Source: Verrucomicrobiia bacterium
GTDB taxonomy: Bacteria; Verrucomicrobiota; Verrucomicrobiia; Palsa-1439
Assembly (NCBI GenBank): GCA_049511095.1
Contig: JBEKYJ010000002.1
Span: forward strand, 1 to 48,953
DNA: 48,953 nt
Direction: 5' to 3'
Positions 29,711 to 37,090 of the stretch are shown here, piece by piece (within the stretch, counting starts at the first letter, position 1; each line of letters starts with the position of its first letter). Position numbers and translations under genes: made by a program. The notes below the pieces were generated by a model that saw only the letters and a list, made by a program, of their open reading frames with translations, was not told where the DNA came from and did not search any database.

Positions 29711-30720
29711 CGGAATGAATTGGAATTGGGGGCGCGTCTAATCATTGTAACAATTATCTAAGCAGTCACCGCCCTCCACTTTCCAACTGCCTGCGCGGCC
29801 ACTCTTTTCCAATCTGCCCTCGCTCCGAGTTTCGCACTTCGGATTTGTTTCGGATTTCGAGATTCGTGTTTCGTGCTTCGCAGCGCCACTTGCCACTCTT
29901 TTCCAATCTGCCCCCTCGCCTTCCGCCTCCTGTCTCTTGCTCCTGCTCTTGCTCCAACGCTCCACCACCCTGAAGAAGGGGTCAGTTCGTTTTTCGTTAT
30001 CATACTGAGTCGAGCGTGCGCCACGTTCGCGGCAGCCTCTTGTCACACGACGACCCGTCGCTTGCCATGATATGCTCCAGTGGAGAGTATCATCTGCGGG
30101 GCAACGCTTTACCCCTTACACTTCTCTGAGATCAACTCTCCACCCGCCACACCCTGCAGCGGTTATAGCCGAACGCGGCACAAGCTGCGTAAGCCGAGTC
30201 AGACGAGACGCCGCACGTCGTACTCCCGCGGCAAACCCGCGATGTTGTTTTCACGGCAAATAGTGCTATCCATAAACTTACAGAACGCCCGGGCTCACAT
30301 CTCTGCTTTCGGGGATTGTCGCGACCGCCTGTAGCAATCGGCGTCACCGCGAAAACGGACAGCGAGTTTGTGTTGAATCGTCCCCTCAACGATTCAACAC
30401 AGCCTCCACCCTCTGCGTCCTCTGTGCCTTTTACCCCGATTCCTTATCGGGGCTGCGTGAGGCAATCCTTCCTCTTCGTGCCTTCGTGGTGAACCTCCGC
30501 CCCGCCTTTGCGTCCCTTGCGTCGCTTGTGCCTTTTTGTGGCAAAACTCTTGCCCGCTTCGTGTTCTTCGTGCCTTTGTGGCAACCCTCCGCACCCCGTC
30601 CTCACGAGGCAACCTCGTGCTGCATCGGCCTCTCAGCGATGCAGCACAGACGGATTCCAACCTCTGCGCCCCTGCCATCCGCGTCCATCCGTGTGGATCT
30701 GTGGCTACGCTTCGTGTCTT
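29680..30720 (+). repeat. Cluster of short tandem and simple repeats plus right-hand module copy 2
   Basis: ggggtca motifs (~29682, ~29977); ccactcttttccaatctgccc x2 (~29799, ~29894); tttcg-type heptamers 29830-29880; module 30102-30276; nonamer-period repeats 30411-30706. Confidence 0.8.
30369..30401. terminator. Strong hairpin, possible terminator
   Basis: tgtgttgaatcgt-cccctca-acgattcaacaca, 13-bp perfect stem; no clear U-tract. Confidence 0.35.
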
Positions 30721-30755
30721 GGCTTCTCCATCTGGTCGCGCAATTCTAGGCTGAG

Positions 30756-31020
30756 CTATACTACCGCCGCTTCCAGCGAAAGCACGGGTGGCAGGTGCGC
30801 GGCGAGTAGCTCCCACTTGTCGCCGCCGTTGCGTGAATAGAAAATCTCACCGCTGATCGTGCCCACGTAAATGCCTGCCTCGTCACATCTGTCCGCGGTC
30901 GCGGCCTGACGAAGGGTCTGCGTATAGCAATTCTTTTGCGGCAGGCCCCGCGTCAGCGCCTGCCATGACCGGCCCCCGTTCCGCGACCGCCATACGGTCA
31001 ACTTCGCGTCGCACACGTAC
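30756..31020 (-). pseudogene. 3' fragment of a BNR/Asp-box (sialidase-like) repeat protein gene, copy 1
   Basis: WRSRNGGRSW...GLPQ...FYSRNGGDKW...HLPPVLSLEAAVV*; no N-terminal part. Confidence 0.75.
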
Positions 31021-31229
31021 CGCCGCTCCTGTTGTGAAACCTGAACGCCCCCGAACACGGTTTACGAAACCCATTCATCTTGAGCCAACCCGGGAAGCCC
31101 CGAATTTGTTGGACAGGAGGATTGACTTAGTGATAGTTATTCACAGTGGTGAGGGGGAGGTAGCCAAGACGCTCGCCAGCCCAGTTTCGGGTTCGAGTCG
31201 GCGCGAGAATGGACTCGAATCATGGTTCC

Positions 31230-31263
31230 GTCATCACGGGCGTGTCCGGTACCGAACGCTTAC
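31230..31263. mobile_element. Possible IS66-type terminal inverted repeat remnant
   Basis: ...ccgaacgcttac reads GTAAGCGTTCGG on the minus strand; IS66 ends begin GTAA. Confidence 0.3.
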
Positions 31264-31537
31264 CGAAGTCCTGTAGCCTCTTACCTGACCCAAGCTCGCA
31301 ACGAGTGCGCCGTCAGCGCTCGTCACCCAGTTGTCCGTCCTCGCAATTCAACGGCGAGCCCTTCGCACGCGAGGAAAACACCCTCGCGAAGAAGCGGCGC
31401 GTTTCGTTCATTGCCTTCGGCCGCCTGCAATTCGTCTTATCCTCGTACGCCCGAGCGCCGGGGATCATCAACTATCAGGAACGCATGTCACGAGGGCATC
31501 TGTTCCCGGATCACGGAGGCGCACCGTGCAGGAGAGC

Positions 31538-32962
31538 GTGACGTGGCTCAAGAGCCGATCCAAGCTTTGGGTGGTTGGAGCGGGACTGATGGCCATGACA
31601 ATCGTCGGCGTGATCGACTTTTTGGCGGGTCCCGGAAACGAAGTTCCCATCCTTTACGTGTTGGTGGTCGTCATCGTCGCGTGGCATGCCGGCAGAGCCG
31701 CCGGGGTATCCATCGCAGTCATTGGAACGGCGGCAGTCTCCCTCGCCAGCTTGCGGTTCCCCGTTACTGCTTCTCAGGTTTGGAGTGGCGCCTGGAGTGC
31801 AGTCATGGGATTGGCCGTGTTTCTGATTCTTGCTCTCTTGGCAGCTCGAACACGATCTCTACAGGACCAACTCAAGGGAAAAGTCCGAGAACTTATCAAG
31901 GCAATCGAAGAATGCCAGAACGCAACCGACATCGCCCAAACTACCCGCACCAAACTCGGCGCCTACGTTGATACCGCCGTGGATGGGATTGTCACCGTCG
32001 ACGATCACGGCATCATTGACACGTTCAACCCGGCCGCTGAGCGCATCTTCGGCTACCACGCACACGAAATCATCGGGCAGAACATGCGCCTGCTCGTGCC
32101 TCCTCCTTACCGGGACCAACACGACCGCTACATCTGCGACTACTTGAGAACGGGCCAACGCAAGGTGATCGGCAGTAGTCGGCAGGTCTTCGCGCAGCGC
32201 AAGGACGGCTCCCTTTTCCCGATGGAACTCGCCGTCGGCGAAGTCCAGTTGGGCAACCGGCGGCTGTTTACCGGCACCGTTCGCGACATCACTCGGCGCA
32301 GACAACTTGAGAAGGAAGTACTGGAAATTTCCGATCAAGAGCGGCGGCGCATTGCGCAGGACCTACATGACGGGCTTTGCCAGCATCTGACGGCCACTGA
32401 ATTTGCCAGTCAGGTGTTGGTGGAAGAACTGACGGAGCAATCACTCCCGCAAGCCGCTGAAGTGAAACGGATCTCGACTTATATCAGTCAGGCCATCACT
32501 CAGGCACATGCGATTGCCCGCGGACTCGAACCGCTCGGAACTGCGCCGGGTGGCTTGGGGCCGGCGCTCAGCGAAATGTCAACCATGGTGCAAACATTAT
32601 TCCACGTTCATTGCATCGTGAAAGCGAACGGATCGACCGCGCTGCTTGACCAGGCGCAAGTCACTCACCTGTATCGGATTGCCCAGGAAGCCGTCACCAA
32701 TGCGATCAAACACGGCAAAGCGTCGGAGGTGGTGATTGAATTCTCCGACCTGGGTGACCAAATTGTGTTGATCGTGGAAGACAACGGCGTGGGCTTGCCC
32801 TCTGAACCGGGCGCCAGCAAGGGCATGGGGATTCGAACGATGAACTACCGCGCGCGCCTGATCGGCGCAACGCTCGAGATGCACCGTCGTCCGAATGGAG
32901 GAACGCGCGTGGCCCTCTCGATCCCGAAAAACAACCGAGCCGCCACGTGTGAGGGAGCATGA
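31538..32962 (+). CDS. Membrane sensor histidine kinase: TM domain + FixL-like PAS + HisKA_3/HATPase
   Basis: GGAG RBS before GTG 31538; FNPAAERIFGY...HDRY...RKDGSLFPMEL; ERRRIAQDLHDGLCQHL; QEAVTNAIKH; DNGVG; GMG. Confidence 0.92.
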   Translation: MTWLKSRSKLWVVGAGLMAMTIVGVIDFLAGPGNEVPILYVLVVVIVAWHAGRAAGVSIAVIGTAAVSLASLRFPVTASQVWSGAWSAVMGLAVFLILALLAARTRSLQDQLKGKVRELIKAIEECQNATDIAQTTRTKLGAYVDTAVDGIVTVDDHGIIDTFNPAAERIFGYHAHEIIGQNMRLLVPPPYRDQHDRYICDYLRTGQRKVIGSSRQVFAQRKDGSLFPMELAVGEVQLGNRRLFTGTVRDITRRRQLEKEVLEISDQERRRIAQDLHDGLCQHLTATEFASQVLVEELTEQSLPQAAEVKRISTYISQAITQAHAIARGLEPLGTAPGGLGPALSEMSTMVQTLFHVHCIVKANGSTALLDQAQVTHLYRIAQEAVTNAIKHGKASEVVIEFSDLGDQIVLIVEDNGVGLPSEPGASKGMGIRTMNYRARLIGATLEMHRRPNGGTRVALSIPKNNRAATCEGA

Positions 32963-33693
32963 AACCAGCGGCCAAGCATCGCATTCTCATTGCCGATGAT
33001 CACCCCATGGTGCGCGAATGGCTGGCGCGCCTGATCAACCAGCAAGCCGACCTCATCGTGTGCGGTCAGGCCGCCGATGCCCCGCAAACGTTGCAGGCCA
33101 TCCACTCCCTGCATCCCGACATGGCCATCGTCGATCTGTCCATGGACGGCAATCGCGGCACCGATCTGGTCCGGGACATCCGGGCGTGCCACCAAAACCT
33201 GCCGGTGTTGGTGCTCTCGATGCATGACGAATCGCTGTACGCCGAGCGCGCCCTCCGGGCCGGCGCTCGCGGCTACATCAGCAAGCGGGAAGGCGGAGAA
33301 AATGTCAAGAAAGCCATCCGCTGTGTTTTGGATGGCGGGATTTACATGAGCGAGAAGGTTGGCGGGGAAATCTTGAACCAGACGGCCAGCCGCCGAGCAA
33401 CTCGATCGCCGTCCGTCTTGGGACTGTTTAGCGACCGCGAATTGGAGGTGTTTCAGTTCCTCGGCCGCGGACACGGGCCCAGCCAAATCGCATCGGAACT
33501 GCATCTAAGCGTCAGAACGGTGGAAGGCTACATGGAACGCATCAAGCAGAAGCTGGGACTGAGCGACGCCCGAGAGTTGCACCAGCGCGCGATTGAGTAC
33601 GCCAAACTGGAAGATACCGTGCCCTCGGCGCCCTCGGTGCATCCTCCTCCGCCACCGCGGCGTCCACGACCCGGTTCAGGTCCGCAAGCTTAG
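32959..33693 (+). CDS. NarL/FixJ-family response regulator
   Basis: IADDH, VDLS, LSMHDE, GYISK receiver plus SDRELEVF...IASELHLSVRTVE HTH; ATGA overlap with the kinase. Confidence 0.95.
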   Translation: MKPAAKHRILIADDHPMVREWLARLINQQADLIVCGQAADAPQTLQAIHSLHPDMAIVDLSMDGNRGTDLVRDIRACHQNLPVLVLSMHDESLYAERALRAGARGYISKREGGENVKKAIRCVLDGGIYMSEKVGGEILNQTASRRATRSPSVLGLFSDRELEVFQFLGRGHGPSQIASELHLSVRTVEGYMERIKQKLGLSDARELHQRAIEYAKLEDTVPSAPSVHPPPPPRRPRPGSGPQA

Positions 33694-33782
33694 TTCGGAC
33701 GAATTGTTCATCGCCCGATTCGGCATCGGAAGCGGAGCGCCGACTCACGTCCCCTATTCCTGCCGGTTCGTGCCCCGCCGCG

Positions 33783-33856
33783 TGTAGGGGGTTTCCCGGA
33801 CAGAAAAAACGGGGTTTCCCCCTACAGACAACCCGTGGCGCCATGCGCTATAAATT
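33783..33856 (+). promoter_or_regulatory. Putative response-regulator binding site and -10 element
   Basis: GGGGTTTCCC direct repeat (33788, 33811) inside TGTAGGGG...CCCCTACA inverted repeat, followed by TATAAA near 33849. Confidence 0.5.
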
Positions 33857-34128
33857 GCCGAGGGTGGGAGATTCTGGTGAGGGCGATAAACGCTTCCATT
33901 CAGTGCGAACCAGCCATGAGTACGCGAGACTCTTGCCTGGGCGCTTCTGCGGCGTCCCAGCCAAACACCAGGAGAAGCCCCGTCATGAAGACCAAGCCAT
34001 CCGCTTTCAGCCCCGCCACAATGAACAGCGGACAACCAACAACCCGCGTTCAGGACTTGATGAAACACACCCCGGCTGCGCTCCCGGACTCTTTCGAGAA
34101 TCAAACCAGATAAAATAGGAGAACCACC

Positions 34129-35412
34129 ATGAATCGCATCCTCCATAAACTGCCCGCCGTCATTGCCCTTGCACTGGCCGGCCCGCTGGCGTTTGGACAA
34201 GGCCCACTCACGCCGCCGGGGCCGCCGGCGCCGATGATGAGAACGCTGGATCAAATCGAGCCACGCATCCCGATCACCAACCTGCCGTGGACGGTTACCG
34301 CACCGGGCTCGTATTACGTCGTAACAAATCTGGTGGGCGATCCGGTCCTACCGGACGGGATCATCGTCCAGGCGAGTGACGTGACGATTGACTTGAAGGG
34401 CTTCACCTTGCAGGGCGGTGCCGGCGGCGGCAACGGAATCAACGTGTCTGGTGGCGTCAAGAACCTGAAAGTCTTCAACGGCGTTATTCGCAACTGGACG
34501 TCGAACGGCATCTCGTCGCAAAACGCCGACAACGGTCAACTGACGGACTTGCGCGTATCCAACAACGGGGCGAGTGGCATCTCCGTCGGCATGGGGTGGA
34601 CCGTGGCCGCCTGCCAGTGTCTTTCAAACGCTACTGTGGGATTATACACACAGGGTTATTGCACGATCAAAGATTGCACGGCGGCGTATAACGCAGGGGG
34701 CGCTGGATTCAGTATGGGAGGCTACTGCGTCCTCACGGGGTGTGCCGCAGTAACGAACATGCTGGGATTCTCCACCGCAATGGACTGCAGCCTAGCCAAC
34801 TGCACCGCTGGAAATAACGGCCAGATCGGTTTCTTTACGGGCGGCGCTTCCACTCTCAACGGCTGCTCGGCCGGCTGGAACGGCTCGAACGGATTTGTGG
34901 TCACACCGGCGTGCCGGCTCGCCAACTGCACCGCAATGTGGAACCAAGGGAATGGGTTCGATGCGAGCATCGCCGGGGGAGAGGTGCCGGGCTGTAAGAT
35001 TAGTGGTTGCACGGCTGCCTGGAACCAGCAAAATGGAATCGTCGTGACCGCCACCGGCAGCATCGTGGAGAATTGTGTCGCCTCCCGGAACACATTGGAT
35101 GGTATCTACGTCGGTTCGCGCTGCTTCATCCTGCTTATTTCCTGCGACAGCAACGGACGGGGGGGGTTGGGCTGGGCCGGCATCCGGGTCACGGGCTCGT
35201 TCTGCCGGATTGACGGGAACTCGGTGATGCTGAACAACGGCCCCGGCATCTTTACTGGGCCTGTGAACAACAATTGCTTCATCGTCCGCAATACCGCGCA
35301 CGGCAACCTGGTCAACTACGGCCTTGCCGCGGGAACGTTCAACGCCCAAATCATTGCAATTGCCGCCGGAGGATTTATCAGTACTGATCCTTTGGCCAAC
35401 TTCACATACTGA
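34129..35412 (+). CDS. Secreted right-handed parallel beta-helix repeat protein, Cys-rich
   Basis: AGGAG RBS, signal peptide, GPLTPPGPPAP.MRTL, repeated CxAxxN..G units about every 22 aa. Confidence 0.85.
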   Translation: MNRILHKLPAVIALALAGPLAFGQGPLTPPGPPAPMMRTLDQIEPRIPITNLPWTVTAPGSYYVVTNLVGDPVLPDGIIVQASDVTIDLKGFTLQGGAGGGNGINVSGGVKNLKVFNGVIRNWTSNGISSQNADNGQLTDLRVSNNGASGISVGMGWTVAACQCLSNATVGLYTQGYCTIKDCTAAYNAGGAGFSMGGYCVLTGCAAVTNMLGFSTAMDCSLANCTAGNNGQIGFFTGGASTLNGCSAGWNGSNGFVVTPACRLANCTAMWNQGNGFDASIAGGEVPGCKISGCTAAWNQQNGIVVTATGSIVENCVASRNTLDGIYVGSRCFILLISCDSNGRGGLGWAGIRVTGSFCRIDGNSVMLNNGPGIFTGPVNNNCFIVRNTAHGNLVNYGLAAGTFNAQIIAIAAGGFISTDPLANFTY

Positions 35413-35418
35413 GGCGTC

Positions 35419-36282
35419 ATGAAAACGCTGGTTCTCATAATGGCCGCGTTGTGTTTGGCGAACGCGGCCCGCGCCAGTTCCACCATCAACGCGGCCAACC
35501 GGTACGCCTACGGCGCGAACGTGGGCTGGATTGATTGGCGCGGCGATGACGGCATCAACGGCGCGGTCATCGGCGAGTTTGTTTGCTCGGGCTACCTCTA
35601 CGGGGCCAACATCGGCTGGATCCACCTCGGCAGTGGCAGCCCGACAAACGGATTCGCCTACAGCAACCTCGCCACCAATGACTACGGCGTCAACCACGAC
35701 GGCGCCGGCAATCTCAGCGGCTACGCGTACGCCGCCAACATCGGCTGGCTGAACTTTGAAGCCCAAGGCGCGCCCAAGATTAACCTGCTGACCGGCAAGT
35801 TCAGCGGCTACGTCTATGGCGCCAACATCGGCTGGATTAGCTTGAGCAACGCGTTCGCGTTCGTGCAAACCGACGCGTTTGACGCCGGCCCGGACACCGA
35901 CGGTGACGGAATACCGGATGCTTGGGAGTATCTGCATGCCGGCGACTTGACGACCATGAACGCCATCACCGACAACGATGGCGACGGCGCGAAGGACGCG
36001 AACGAGTACGTCGCCGACACCGATCCCTTCGACGCCAGCGACTTCCTGCGGATCACCGCGCTCAAGGTCAACTCGGGCGGGTCGACGTCCAAGGTTACCT
36101 GGACGAGCCATCCCACGCGGTTGTATCAGGTGGAAAGCCGGGTTGACCTGACTGCCGGCTCTTGGGCGACGAACGCGCCGCCGGGGTTGGTCTCGCCCGA
36201 TGGGGGCGCAACGACCACCCGGGATGTGCCGGATACAACCGAAACGAAGCGGTTCTTCCGCGTCCAAGCACTTGTTCCGTAG
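35419..36282 (+). CDS. Secreted protein with Y(A/V/L)YGANIGWI repeats and DxDxDG Ca-binding tail
   Basis: Four (G/A)AN(I/V)GW repeats; DTDGDGIPD and DNDGDG motifs; ends RFFRVQALVP. Confidence 0.85.
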   Translation: MKTLVLIMAALCLANAARASSTINAANRYAYGANVGWIDWRGDDGINGAVIGEFVCSGYLYGANIGWIHLGSGSPTNGFAYSNLATNDYGVNHDGAGNLSGYAYAANIGWLNFEAQGAPKINLLTGKFSGYVYGANIGWISLSNAFAFVQTDAFDAGPDTDGDGIPDAWEYLHAGDLTTMNAITDNDGDGAKDANEYVADTDPFDASDFLRITALKVNSGGSTSKVTWTSHPTRLYQVESRVDLTAGSWATNAPPGLVSPDGGATTTRDVPDTTETKRFFRVQALVP

Positions 36283-36541
36283 TCGCCGTCAGTTGTGCCA
36301 CGTGGTGGAGGGACGGGTCTGCGACCGGCCCCTGCTGAGGGTCCGTTCGGCCTGTTGTCTGAAATCGAGGAGCGCAGCCGTGAGAACTGAACGGCACCAA
36401 GACAACAACTGAAGCCGCGCTCACGACTCGGTGAGTAATCCCCGGCTGCGCTCCTGCCCAAGCACGGTCTCAGTTGATAGCCGGTTAATAAGCAGTCTGT
36501 GGGTGCTCGAACTGAAGTCCCGCCTTTTTGAATCAAACACG

Positions 36542-36745
36542 TTACGCGGCTTGCGCTGGTCGCCTCTTACATGACCCGGCCCACTCTGAGGGCGTGAACT
36601 GCTTGATCTCCGTGATCTTCGCGGAGGGCAAACGCGTGAACAAATCCTTCAGGTAATCAAATGGGTTGACTCCCTGCCGCCGACAACTGCCCAGCAACGT
36701 GTAGATCACCGCGCTGCGTTCTCCGGCAGTCGGATGTCCGAACGA
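36542..36745 (-). pseudogene. IS66-family transposase C-terminal remnant
   Basis: GERSAVIYTLLGSCRRQGVNPFDYLKDLFTRLP...FTPSEW matches the IS66 TnpC C-terminus. Confidence 0.85.
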
Positions 36746-36844
36746 TAAGGGAATCACTTTCTCCACTCGCTACGAACGTAATGGTGACACCCAGAACTCT
36801 ACGTTTCATTGGTTCAGACTGAAGCGCTAAACCCCGATCGCCCC

Positions 36845-37002
36845 TTACACCACGCTGGCTTCGAGCGAAAGCACGGGTGGCAGGTGTGCGGCGAGCCGTT
36901 CCCACGCGTCACCACCATTGCGCGAATAGAAGATTTTACCGCTGATCGTGCCAACATAAATGTCTGCCTCGTCACATCTGTCCGCCGTCGCCGCCTTCCG
37001 CG
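36845..37002 (-). pseudogene. 3' fragment of the BNR/Asp-box gene, copy 2
   Basis: AATADRCDEADIYVGTISGKIFYSRNGGDAWERLAAHLPPVLSLEASVV*, a direct repeat of 30756-30912. Confidence 0.8.
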
Positions 37003-37090
37003 TGCCGACATACAAATGCAATTCTCTCGCCCGCGATGTTCGTGTGGCGAGTCGGTGGTAGGGCTTGGACAACTGGGCCAGGCAAGACTC

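Noticed and set aside
31153-31205. tRNA-like sequence (ggggaggtagccaag...gggttcgagtc)
   Set aside because: The T-stem and acceptor stem cannot pair and the sequence is too short for a cloverleaf.
31331-31537. N-terminal extension of the sensor kinase
   Set aside because: Low-complexity Arg-rich sequence; a GGAG RBS supports GTG 31538.
31230-36745. Intact IS66 composite transposon carrying the two-component system
   Set aside because: Only a ~200-bp tnpC tail and a doubtful terminal repeat remain; no tnpA/tnpB or target duplication seen.
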